Source of the DNA: Atractiella rhizophila
Taxonomy: Eukaryota
Length of the DNA: 64,000 nucleotides
Assembly (NCBI GenBank): GCA_021432655.1
Contig: MU271339.1
Location: 1 to 64,000 of the forward strand
Reading direction: 5' to 3'
Below the pieces are notes generated by a model. The model made no database searches. It worked only from the letters and a program-made list of their open reading frames with translations, and had not been told where the DNA came from. Shown in pieces: positions 37,201 to 49,564 of this stretch (positions are counted from its first letter, which is position 1; each line of letters starts with the position of its first letter). The translations under genes were made by a program, and so were the position numbers.

Positions 37201-39199
37201 CTATTCTTTCTCGTGGATGGAAGGAGAGGTGCGCTCAGATCTTAGAGATTGAGCGCTGCTTATGGTAACACGAAGGCGAAGGTGGCGGTTGAGGACTTCT
37301 TCCGCCACCTTCGGATCTCTTTCAAAGACCGGGTTGTCCAGTGTTCGTTCCTTACTTCTGGAAACACAGCTGCAGACTGGCCACAAGTTTGCTACTCAGA
37401 CCCAAGGTTAATTCTCCTCCAGCCCATGAATGGCACTGATGACATAAGTAAGGCTCTGAACCAACAATCAACGATTATTGAGTATTGGATTTAAGACTTC
37501 CTCTTCACTCAGTATTAATTTTGGATCTTATCTGTGCTCATATGTATCCAATCCACCCTCCCTTGATAGATTTCTGTCTTCAATCACTCTAGCCTCCCAC
37601 CATAAAATTTTAAAGCTGAAAGGAGGTGCCAGAGCACTCCTTTGTTTGTTTGTGATGATAGACAATTCGCGGACTTGCCCCAGTAATATAGTATTAGGTG
37701 AGCTGGTTGGTGACGCAAAAAACTGTTCGTTTATTTGGCTGTGGCGAATAGTCTCAATCCCATCCCCCTAAGGCCCTTGCCCTGTAGGTGGAAGGGAAAG
37801 AAACCAGCACGGTTACCTACGGTCAAGCTATCTGTAGTCAAAATATGAAAGGTGTTGAAGTGAAGAACTTGAACAGATCTGGACATGGACTTGATGTCGT
37901 GCATGGCAGTTACAGTTGGAATCCTAGAATGTCATGAACTGGTCGAATTTCTCGAATTGACAACGCTCGTTGAATACAATTTCTGTGGGGTTCCAACGAA
38001 AATTCTCGCACCTCCATGGAAGAAGAGGATGAGGTAGGATGAGACGCGGTGTTGAACCTGTGCAACATCCAACAGATAGTGAAGAACTTGGCCCAGCGTA
38101 TCCACAATTCTCGTACTCTAGTTGGAGGTGTCGAAAGGATCGTCGTGCCAAACTTGGCATCTGCCACATCTGCCACTGGATTTCCTCCTGAAATTGGCAG
38201 GCTCCTTTGTAATTGTCACCTTCAGCATCACTTTGTCAGCGTGGCCGTTGAATGAAGTTGACTGGGAAGTGCAAATGCAAAAGTATATGTGCCCTCCCTG
38301 ACTTCGAAGGGAGAAAATCAACCATGCCCTTCCTTCTGTAGGCCAATCAATTTGAATCCTCTGCATGCTAGAACGAGATTTGCAAGTAGGGAGGGTAGAG
38401 TTATATGGAAGGACTAACCCCCAAGTTGCCGTGCGTTTCTTCAACTGTTGGCCCTTCCCTTTAATCTCGCCAATGTTTGGCCTTATCTCATTTACTGTAT
38501 GCCTCAGTGCTCAATATCATATGGCTTGTTCACAATTCTCTTCGCCACACTTGTTGCCCTCCTACGTCAGCCAAATGATGAAGAATTTTACATGAACAAG
38601 GCCTTTGTCTTTGAGGTCATCATAGGCCTTGTTGGATTTGATGATATTGTGGCCATTAGATACCGTGGTTTCTGAAGTTCAAAGAAATAGGAGTATTGGT
38701 GAGGGAGTCAAGGTAACGGGGGACATGTTCTTTCTAGCTATATACTTTTGGTCCATATCGAATAGCAGTGAAGCCAAATTCCTGGTTGGCAATGGAGTGA
38801 TGAAGTAGGGGACATGACTTGAAGGGTTGGTTATATAACATGGGTCTGACAAAGGAAGGAGATTTATGCGGTTGCGATAAGGAGCAGTGGTAAGTGGCTA
38901 AGATTAGGTCCTTGGAAGACCTGAAAGCAAAGAGAAGCAAACAACTCGTGGATGCTTCCAGCACTTTATTCGATGACCTTGTTCCAATCAAGAGGAAGAA
39001 GCATTTCACGTCGCTCCGCCCTTTGCATCGCAGCCTATGTGGATTCACTTTCACTCCCTGCCGTCCGTCCCTGATTCTCCATGTAACCACGTCTCCCGCC
39101 AATCTCAACCTTCAACCAGCCCCCCGCTTTCCTGAGGAAGAGGAGAAGCGCGATTGTGGACGCGTTGGAAGGAAATAGTGTCTTTGTCGCTTGGCGGAA

Positions 39200-40700
39200 A
39201 GCAGTGGTTTTGAAGGAGGATGCTTAAACTGCGAAGGGAAAGGAAGACACTGGAGTTGAGGACCAAGGGTTGCGTTGCTGAAATGGTGAAGAAGGTTAGA
39301 TTTGCTACATGAGTATATTAAAGGGAAGAAAGATGGGAAATTGTTGTAGGTCGAATCTGTCTGTCTGCCTGGCCAAGGGATGCTGATGTCCTCTGCGTTA
39401 CAGATATCGTTACTCCACCACAATTTGTGTATACTGCCAACCCCACCCCGATCCCATTCCACATGGTGATTTCTCCATCTACCAACACGCTTGATCACTT
39501 TTCTATGCTGTTCTCATCCTATTTGTGCAGGCCAATCTTTCCCTTACATATCTGTGGGACTGGAACAGAAAGCATGGCAGAGAGATGGGAAAGGCTGAGG
39601 GATCACTTCATTGTTGGAGACAGTCCTGAAGGCTCAAACCTTATGAAGGAACAGAAGCAGCAAGCTCTCGACCTTCTCAGGGAGTATGTAGATGTTTTCG
39701 CTACTTCTATAGGGGCATGTCACGGACGGATATAATACAACACTCCATCAAGCTCAAGCCTAACACACCACCCTCCCATTCATCCTTCCAGCAGGCACTC
39801 ACCCCTCCACAACTTGAGTTCATGGACAACGAAATTGATGCTAACCCTTCGCGACAATGTCATTGTCCAACTCCATGCTTCACAATACGAAGCCCCTCAC
39901 ATCGCCCACCTAAAGATCGTTCCAAAACTGAACGCGGATGAGAAGCCTTTCAACATGTCACTGGGATCCCTCCGTCAGAGGGTAGCAGATACCCTAGCAC
40001 AACTGGAAGGGAGGAAGGCAAATGGTATGGAAAGAAACATGGCAGAGAAAGAGGTACCAGAACTGCCAGATCGCCCAAAAGCAAAATGGAGAATAGTCAT
40101 CGTGTTCCTCAGGCTCAATGCAGCAACAGAATCAGCACCTTTTCCAGCAGCTGGTCTCAACCAAACAGCAGCAGAAATGGCAGGTAACAAGTTCTACTTC
40201 TGTATCAATATGTGTAGAGGGTTTTATGCGATCTTTATGAGGGAAGAGGACATTGAGAAAACTGCCTTCTATGCACCGGGACGAGGACTTTTTGCCTTTA
40301 AAGTCATGGTATTAGGACTCACCGGATCCCCTGGTACATACTGGGAAATGATAGGATGAGCATTTGGGACTCTGCGCTAGGAAAATCGTGGTTGATTGGG
40401 ATGGTGGGTGGACGATGTCCTTGGAGGTGACAAGACATTCGATAGGACACTGTCTCTGCTACGTTTATTCCTACAACGATGCCGTGCAGCGAACTCTCCA
40501 TCACGGCTTCAAAGGGGAAGTTCTTGATCTCACAAGTTCGATGGTGTGGAGTGGTTGTAGCAGAGGAAGGAGTCAAGGCAGATGTGAGCAAGATCGATGC
40601 AATCTTAAGCATGCTGGAACCTACAATCCCCGCAGAAATGCTCAGATTCCTCAGCACCGCTGGTGCAGGGGGCCTCCAGAATCTAATACCGGGACTGCTA
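39200..40700 (+). mobile_element. Ty3/Gypsy relic (zinc knuckle and reverse transcriptase)
   Basis: CLNCEGKGRH; LLREYVDVFA; IIQHSIKLKP; KWRIVIVFLRLNAAT; GFYAIFMREEDIEKTAFYAPGRGLFAFKVMVLGLTGSP; EGVKADVSKIDAI. Stops and frameshifts present. Confidence 0.85.
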
Positions 40701-41896
40701 TCTTCGCTGTACGCGCTACCCCTTCCTCTTCTTTAGCTGCCATTTCCTTTGCCTTCTCCTCCTCCTCACCGAGTATCGCACGCATTGTCCTTACTCTCTC
40801 ACGACGGGCCATCGCAGTTTCCTCCTCAGAAACTTCCCATCTGGAAACTTTGACTTCACCCACATGTAACGCGGTGGACTCCTTTCTACAATCTTCCCGA
40901 CTTTCCGATTATTGACTGTCGGCTCTTCGCCATCCGAGATAGGATTTTGTTGGCCTGAAGTGTGTTGCGGGCTTCGATGGGTAAAGGTGCAATGCCTGAC
41001 CTAGTGTCACTAACAAGCCTCAGACAGACAAGGGGAGCACACCTCCTTCAGTATCCCCTGCCCTGCTCTAGGCTTCCAATATTCGAAACACTATCTCCCC
41101 ACCTGAGGCAGACGTGAAGCTCACAACAGTGGGGTGACCTGTGATGCCTTTGCATTCGCCTTTGGAGGTGAGAGTTTTGGACCAAAGCAGCAGAGGTGAA
41201 TACTCCAAGGCTCCATCCGATGGCTCTGGGGCATCATCATACCAACCATTGAGGGTGACATCACTAACAATTAGTGCATTGATGATGAATGGGTTGAGTT
41301 CGAAAGTAAGGAGACCAGACGAACCTAGAGCCAATATTTTGAATGCCACAGTCTCAGCCTCATGAAGAACAAGCTTCTGGTCCAGTACTAATGTCAAGCT
41401 TTTGGGTTCAAGGAAAGGGAAACGCACCTCGCCGTGCACGAGTCTCCCCTGGTGCGCCGTCTCTAGTTTCCTTCTTTCGTACATGATGTTGTGCTCAACA
41501 CACAACAGTGGGCAAGTGCACTGTGTGGGTGTATTCGCCATGAGGAGGGATTGTTTCGGACCAATGCAGCGGAGGTGTATACTCCGAGCCCATATCTGAA
41601 GGCTCTGTGGTGTCGTCATGCCAAAGACTAAGGGTGGCATACACTGAAAATGGCTTTGTTTTCAAACGTCCCGATAGCGAGTCCTGAAATACTGATGTGC
41701 TAGCTCGCCATTAACATCAGCTTCTGAAACAAACACACCGTCGCTCCCACAGTAACACCGTCATGCATCTCCATTCCTTTCCTTCAGCTTCACCTTTTTA
41801 TCTTATAATGTATTGCTCCTTTATTCACAGTGTGCCAACAGGGGGATTCCTTGACAATTGAATTGTTGCCCCTTCGGAATTGTCAAGAGCCTAGCG

Positions 41897-44810
41897 TGCA
41901 GGGTAATACCTTACCGTTCTGCCATTAAGGTATTGCCAACGTTCTGCAACAGCGACTTTTTTGTTCTGCCATTGTTCTGCCAGGCATGCAGGCACATCGG
42001 TTAGCTGCCATGCCGTTTTGGGAGCTTAATTTTGAGCATAACTTTGAAATTTTTTTGGGGCGCTCTATTTTTATTGTAATTGTTTTGTCTTGTGTTGTTC
42101 TTTTCGAATCGACCCCGTTACGAGAATGCCGAAACAAGAGTATCCACTCGCTGCAAAATATTTCCTTCGTGTTGGTCGGACAACCATTGTCAAAGAACAC
42201 CTTGCCAACAGTTGTTTGAAGATCAGCCCAGAAGATCGGGAATATTGTGTCGACTTCATTATGATGCACTGCACTGGAGATGTGACTTTGGATTTGGATC
42301 CCGACATTGTCGAAATTACTCCAGCCCCAGTTTCCGAGACTCACAACGAATTTCAGGTGGGAGTTCTACCTCTTCTAACTTTGCCAGATTCTGCGCAGCA
42401 AGTTTCTTCAAAGGGATCTCAATCAAAGTCGTCCCATTCACTTTCTAAAAAAGCAAAAAAACTCCTTCTGTTCAGGGCAGCCTTCTTGTCATTAACCCCT
42501 TTCCAAAATCTGTTGCTCGGATGCATGACAAGAGACTGCTCCTTGCAATGATAGACACTTCAGTATCATTTTCACATGTTAATAACCCATTCTTTCACTG
42601 AGGGTGAACGGTATTCAACCAAACTATAGCATGCTTGAAGAAACAGCATTCAGAACAGATCTGTTAACAGAGCTCTATGCTGACATTTAAAAGAAAAGCA
42701 TAGAGATTCTAAAGACAGCTGACAACATCAGTCTTGGCCTTGACGGGAAGATCAGCAGAAGAGATCCATTTACCTATTGCTTGCAACGGTAAAAGGGCAT
42801 GATCCTATTATCCTCAAGCTCTAAGATCTCAGTGATGTCCGTCATACTGCTTCCTGTCTATAACAGTTTGTTAATAAATCAATTGTTAGAGCTGGAGTTA
42901 GTTGGGACGCTGTTTCTTCTCTGTTTACAGATTCACCTTCTACAATGGTAAAGTTACAGGCAGATCTTGAGAAAGAACATCCTTCATTGCTGATTGGGCC
43001 ATGTTCTCTGCATCAATTCACTCTCTTGATCCGTGATATTTGTAGTTTTGTCGAAGCTTCTACACTTATGAAAGAAAATTCTGCTATTATTCGCTTTTTT
43101 ACAACTTCTCATATTTGGAAAGCCAGATTAGGTGACATACGCAAGCTTGAGAATGTTATCCGTGGCTTGAGAAGTGAAGTCGCAACAAGATGGTACCATA
43201 TTGGACATCTCCTCCGTGCTCTTATTGGTCATGAGTATAATGTCTATCTTTTCACTTACTCACAGATCCACTAATGTAAATGTTGGTATTAGGTCTGCTT
43301 TCGGAAAGATTAGCATGCATTCAGAGGCAACGGCTCGCAAGGGAAGGGGTATCAATGCCAATGTCCGCACTTCACTGTGTCGTATCTCCTTCTTCCCAGA
43401 GAATAAGCTCCTTCTCCGTGTTGTCGGTCCTGTAGTTGATACGATTGGAAAGCTGGAGAGGGGCCAACTGTATGTTAGCTGACATTGCGCTTGAGCTGCT
43501 TTGTCTTGCAAAGCACTTCGATCAAATGGATTTGGAGCAAGAGGAAGACCCCAATTTGGCTGGGAGAACTTATTCGTCAAGTATGCAGTTTCGTGTTTCA
43601 AGAACTGGCTCCATGCCATTGATTCCAACCTCCTTTTCGGTGCCCTTTACCTTCATCCAATGTGCCATGGAATCGCCGTCTCCCGACTTGTAGCGAACTC
43701 TTGCAACCTCACCAATGTCAAATCCTTCTTACTTCAACTTGCGGAGCACTGGAAGCTTTCCAGCAAAGCCTCCGCCCTTCTTTGCGACAATGTTGATGAG
43801 TATCATAACTTTGAGGGGAAGTTTGCGGAAAACTCCCTTAATGCCCTGAAGCATTGGGAGGAATTGGCTCTTCCTCCATCTCAAAATCCACTCATTTCCG
43901 TCGCCATTCACATCTTCAGCATGGTTCCACATGCTGGGGTTGTTGAAAGTAACTTTTCTGTTCTCAGTCGCATTCATACTCGAGATCGCAATCCTCTTGC
44001 ATCTCCAAGCTCAAGCAATTGGTCGTGATCAAGCAATGGACCACTTACAACAAGAGAGAGAAAGGAGAAGGGAAAGTATTTCAATGGAGAAAAGGTGGAA
44101 GACAAGACGAGTTGGAGACACAAACCGTTGAGGAGATTGAAGGTTTGTTTTTTCCAATTTCTTGATGATCTTGCAAGCTATTTACATTAATACTGTAGAT
44201 TACAACGAGCTGGATATCATTGGAGACCTTGAGGAAGCTGTATCTGCCGATGAGGATCTTGTAACCCACTTACAGCTCGAGTTGAAGAAGGCAAAGGAGG
44301 AAATGGCCGAAGCGACACGACTTGGACGAGAGCACCTTCCCGGCCCTCTGACGGCTACGATCTCATTGCTTATGACGCGATGCTTCAGAATGGAACAGCA
44401 GCTAAGACGACGAGACCGTCGTTGTCGCAACATCACGGCACTGCAGATTCGCCCTGGAATACAAACGAAATTCTTCAAGTGAATCTCACAAAGTCTCCGC
44501 AGCGACACTCCAACGAAGAGCGCTTCTCAAGGAGTGAAGGAGGGTCATCTTCTGTGGTACGCATTCCTGCAGCTTTCCCGATGATTCGAAGAGCGGAAGA
44601 TTTAGGATCAGATGTTGTGAGCAAGAGTGCCCGTCTCAATTGACCATTTGAGCCGTGGGAATCCCTTTATTATATGCTTCTTTGAAATAAATGATATTGC
44701 CTGACTGCTAGATATGCCTACAATCCTCTGAAACTACAATTTAGCGTTCTGCCCTTCTGCCATTCGTATTGCCATCTGCCATGGCAATACCTTATGTTCT
44801 GCCATGCCCC
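41897..44810 (+). mobile_element. Degenerate hAT transposon (fourth family, DUF659-like)
   Basis: SLGLDG, TDSPSTMVK..PCSLHQFTLLIRDI, IRFFTTSHIW, VATRWY, ALYLHP, LKHW..IFSMVPHAGVVESNFSVLSRIHTRDRN. TTCTGCC and AATACCTTA subterminal motifs at both ends. Confidence 0.82.
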
Positions 44811-44818
44811 AAAATCGT

Positions 44819-44884
44819 ATCCTTACCTCTAAAAGCCATCCGTTCTTGGCATCCTTACCTCTAAAAGCCATCCGTTCTTGGCAT
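44819..44884. repeat. 32-bp perfect tandem duplication
   Basis: ATCCTTACCTCTAAAAGCCATCCGTTCTTGGC x2. Confidence 0.96.
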
Positions 44885-45125
44885 GAGTCATAAAACGCAC
44901 TTTTGAGCGTTCATACCTCCCTCAGCAGGCACATTGAAACGAAATGAATTACACCATCTTACTGCACATGCTTGCGCCTTTCTGAAGCCACGAGGAAATT
45001 TTGTTCTGAAGGGGGTAAAAAAAATCCGTTTCATACTGGACTCAAACCCATACAACAGTCACAGTCGGGTTCAAGGGGCCATGCCCCTTGCGAGTGGGTT
45101 GGGGGGCCCTGAGGGACGAAGGCCT
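44875..45125 (-). repeat. Inverted, diverged copy of the Helitron 3'-region repeat at 63665-63905
   Basis: The reverse complement shares GCCTTCGTCCCTC..CAAGGGGCATGGCCCCTTGAACCC..GTCCAGTATGAAACG..GAGGGAGGTATGA..CTCAAAAGTGCGT..TATGACTCATGCCAA with 63665-63905. Confidence 0.9.
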
Positions 45126-45329
45126 CTGACACACTTGTTGCCCCTAAGGCTACTCCCACTTTACCCTAATCCTGCCAGAACCATCACAAAATGTCTCAAA
45201 CTCCAAAACAAAGCTTGACGGGGGCTACGATCCAAGGGGCTAAGCCCTGGCCAGGGTTTGCCCGAGGGACGACGGGACAAACAACTTTGTTTACACTTAA
45301 AATTGATGAAGGTGTCATGATTTCACAAA

Positions 45330-46304
45330 TTTCAGGATGTTTGATGTCCGAATTCGGATTGTATGACTAGTGACAACGGAGGGCAATTTTGCCTAATCTG
45401 ACAGCATGAAAAAGATGAAGGCAAATTCCAGCTATGCATCAATGAAACTCCCAAAACGCAGGTTTGAATCCAAGAAGAGCCGCAAGCCTTGCTCTTCCCA
45501 CTTTTTATTGACGCCATTGAACAGGATCTCTCCAACTCCAACAATAGGTATTCCTGCCTGGAAAACCCTGTCACCCGTGTATTTCACGCTATCGAAACCT
45601 TCTCCTTCAATCTCCACAATAAAATGTAATTTAATGTCGTATCGATGTCCCCTGTGATCATATTTTGGGCGAAGGCTCAGTGGTCCATAGGAGGCAGGAT
45701 AAACAGAACAGAGACGTACACTTTAAATCCAAATGGAATTACTAAATCTTGCTCAATGGATGATTCAATTAGGAATGAGCCCTGGTAAGAACCCCCTTTA
45801 CCCTTATCTCGGTTGCCGTGGATCCATAACCCTTCATAATCATTTTCACTCTCCCTGTCGAAAAACCACGGAACGGTGTCCTGGATGCTGTCGTTTTTGT
45901 GGTAAGGATGAACACGCTGCAGGGGCGAAAGGCTCACATTATCCTACCTGTCGACACGTTTGCTGGAAGGACTACGTCGGCGAGGTAAAACAGATGAATC
46001 TTGACCGGTCGTCCGCTCTTCTGCATGCGCAAGCTATACTCAACCGTTAAACTACGGGCAGTAAGCAAATGACAAACATGCCTGAAAGTTATCAATCTAA
46101 TATTATGTGATCAATAGACTTTCGGACGCATGTGGTAAGGAAGTAGACGTACGTAGGACAATCAGCTCTTCTCGCGACAAGCCCGCTGAAAGTTGTCAGT
46201 CTCAGTCCCCTGTTGATAACAGAAAAGGGAACATACGGCCGGAAATCTTCAAGCATCAGCGAAAATTCAAATTCGTTTGCTTGAATGATGGTCGAGTTAG
46301 CCAT
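45330..46304 (-). CDS. Multi-exon hypothetical protein (orphan; possible Helitron cargo or accessory gene)
   Basis: ATG at 46304 with TATATAAA about 60 bp upstream. Successive exon-like ORFs (46092-46304, 45677-45937, 45432-45617) are separated by short GT-AG segments. Confidence 0.55.
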
Positions 46305-46476
46305 CTTCGAATTGCTTCACATGTAATGTGGATAATGTGGATAACGGATAATGTTCTTGCAGTGCTTTATATAGGGGTGGGACGAGGTGAACGACGCGGA
46401 CGGACATTGACATGAACCATCTGGCATTGGTCTGTTTGGCCTTGCTTTTTGAACCAAAAACTAGTTTGCTGATGAG

Positions 46477-47160
46477 TAGGGTTTGCACCGTCCCGTCCGT
46501 CGATTTTTGTGCCTGAGACGGCGACGGGACGGGTGACCCCGTCCCGTCACCCGCACCGTCACTGAACACGGGGACTGTCTGACGGTGACGGGACTGTGAC
46601 GGCAAGAAAAGGGGTGCAGACGGACGGGTTTGACGGTGAACACGGGTGTTCAACAAAATGTTCCTTTATTCTGTCCGGCACCACCGGAATATCTCATTCA
46701 TGCCATGTTCTAGCCGCAAACTACTAATGCCGGCAAGCCTAGGCCTGTTTGGCTGGGCGGAAAGGTGATTTGGTTGAGCCGGCTATGGCCCGCAAGCAGC
46801 CGGCCCACATAAGGTTAGGTTTGTACTGACCCGGAAGTCCTTTCTGGCCGTTTCGGGCCATGCAAAGGAATGTTTGCTCTGCTGCAAACAAGAAAATATG
46901 AAATTACGAAAAGCTTGCAGCAAAACAAGCAAAAAACCGGTAAAACAGGTTTAAAACTTAAAATTCATATATAACACCCGTTGTTCCCCGTCTGACCCGT
47001 CATGGAAGCGCACGAGAGGGCTGACGGACGGGTAGCACCCGTCCGTTTATACCGCCCGTCGTCAAAAAATCAAAGTTGTGACGGTGACGGGACGGGTGGC
47101 CAAAAATGCCGTCCGTCCCGGACCCGTCACCCGTCTTAACGGCGACGGTGCAAAGCCCTA
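46477..47160 (+). mobile_element. Non-autonomous hAT-type MITE, copy A (684 bp)
   Basis: TIRs TAGGGTTTGCACCGTC / GACGGTGCAAAGCCCTA and many CCGTC/GACGG motifs. Homologous to 58924-59530. Confidence 0.92.
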
Positions 47161-48109
47161 CCAGTGATGAGACTTCATTATCTCAGCGGTGCGTCGCCGT
47201 CCTTCTTGTCCACCGGGGACCCGGTAGCCATAGAAGCTTGTATTGAGGGTCTGTAGATTGGAGGAGATGTCTGCGAGATGACAACGCACTGGATTTCACG
47301 CCTATCAATCGAGTGTTGTTTCCTTTGTGACGGTCATTGTTCTTCGTACTAGCGGCGTCGCTGCCCTAGGGCGCAACGACCGTCACAAAGGAAACAGCAG
47401 ATTTAGGACATCGCCAAGGTCCCAATCGTTTCCGTCAACTTTAACCCCGACTTGCTCGACCTCCTCTACAAAATCAGTTTTCTTCAACTCTCTGATCATT
47501 TTCGTCAGCCGAATCATTTGCGTCAGCCGAATCATTCACATTCGACCCGACGGTCATTACAGCTCGAAAATTGTCACAGCTGCAGCAAGAATCCCTCAAT
47601 CCGGAGAGGACCCTTCATACCATATCTTCCCTCGTGGCTTGTTTTTAGCAGGGTTAGAAGTGGGAAACTTCAGGATGTAAGCCCACTCCGATACCATATG
47701 AATTATGCTGTACCGACGCTTTTCAATCTCAAGTACCACTGGATATCTGCCTGCTTCGACCGCATGGCTTCCTCTGGTTGGATCTCTAAACCAAGGCAGT
47801 TTATGGACCAATCCGTGAAGAAGAGACCAAATCCGGACGAACTCAGCTAGCAGAAACCATCCTACGATGCGAACATTCGGTCGTTTTGTGATTGTGATAT
47901 TGAATGTGACGAAAGTTGTGCGCCGTAATTCTCTTCAGTTTGTATTAGTCCTGCTTGTTTGGTGTATAAAGGCTGTTGAGTGAGTAATCGCAGTGAAGTA
48001 TATCTCATATGTATATAGTACACGGGAACAAGAAATGATTCCACAATTTGATCTACTCTAAAGGTACCCGCCTGTTCAATCGCTGTCCCTCCCACACACC
48101 CTCCTGCGC

Positions 48110-48636
48110 TTGCGTCTCCTGAATATATGCCCACTTCCTCCATCCATCTCATGCTCCGCTCTGCCGCCGCTTCTGAAATGTCTCTCACTCAAACTCGCGC
48201 CTTTCGCAGTTGATGGAACTACATCCTTCCCGTCCCGCTCGACTTATCATACCTCACGCAGCTCACTTATCTGTCCCTTGACGGCGGCGCGGGAATCTTC
48301 AAAACTGGTTTCCCGCCAGTTCTTCGGCACTCGCAAAACGCAAAGGCGATAGAGGAAATACGTCTTGATTACTGTATTGTGGAGTGCATTGGTTTCCCGG
48401 AATTCATTCGCTGGTTCTTTGGGGATCGGATGAAGAAAGTCGAGGGGAACGAGACCAGGGTTTTACGCGTTGCTTTATTCTTCGGAGAGTGGCCCGAGGA
48501 AGAGATCGTGATTGCTCGGAAAGCGATAGAGGACTTTGACATGAGCGAAGAGGAGGAGCCTCAGGGATCTGGGAGCCTGACGAGAGCTAATGTCGAACTC
48601 CCATCCATGCAGTTTGGGCAAAGTCGTACTATGTAA
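48110..48636 (+). pseudogene. F-box/LRR-like protein C-terminal fragment, frameshifted
   Basis: LRLLNICPLPP..LPPLLKCLSLK, then a frameshift to LDLSYLTQLTYLSLDGG..IEEIRLDYC. Leucine-periodic repeats; no N-terminus seen. Confidence 0.4.
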
Positions 48637-49564
48637 AGCTTTGCTCTCATCGTTTTCGAGACTAAATCCCAGGACAAACGCAATTGATCAACAACACCTA
48701 TCACCTGAGGCTACAGGTTACCATCCTTCATCTGCCTGTACCATAAACAAGAAGAGGACGCTAGAGGGCTTATTGGGAACAGAAAACAGTTCTGCATGAT
48801 GAATTATACTGTTTGACATCTACTAAACATCACAAATGATGAGGTTGGGCTTCTATACTCACAGCATTTCGTCATTACCCAGTTAGACAGGACCGAACCA
48901 TCATCAAACAAGCCAGCTTCCGCCCACCCGTTCTGCAGCCGCCGGTCCACCCATGTGTCGTATCACACTAACCCAGTATCACTTACCATCCATCCGCGTG
49001 TCCTTTTACCAAAGTCGATGGCAACGCTGCATTCCTCCTCTCCAGCATCAGCACATTCCCTGGCGCTATAGGATCTATCCTAGCACCACCGTATAGACCT
49101 TTCCTAGGACTTCCTATGGGAGCTATAGACGCTATGGAGATCACTCACTTGTTTGCTATCGTCAGTGCCTGAGGGTGTGAAGACGACATTGTGTATTGTC
49201 AGCCAACACTTGGTGCGAGCAAGCGCTGCTAAGGAAAGTGCAATTCATAATGACTCAACGCATTCTGCCACATCGATCGATCAACCAGCGTCGCAGTCCA
49301 GCTTCAAAAACGGGTTGGGAGCAGTTGGGAGGTGACTACAGCAAGCATATTGAGTGTTCATTCCATGTGAGTTTGCACATGAAGGAAGTGTGTATGGTGA
49401 GTCCTTTCTTCAGCAGGCAAGGTTATACGGTTGGTGGGGTCCTTTCGTCTCATTTTGCAACCTTGATATTCATTTCAAGGATTCTTTCTAGAGTGTGGTA
49501 ATGAGGATAAAGACACACAATCTCGCCTATTGTACCAGCTTCTCAGCCCTCTTGCTTCCCTTTT

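Noticed and set aside
37200..39200. Possible host genes among the short ORFs
   Set aside because: Fragments without a coherent exon chain or recognisable domain; probably decayed TE or gene debris.
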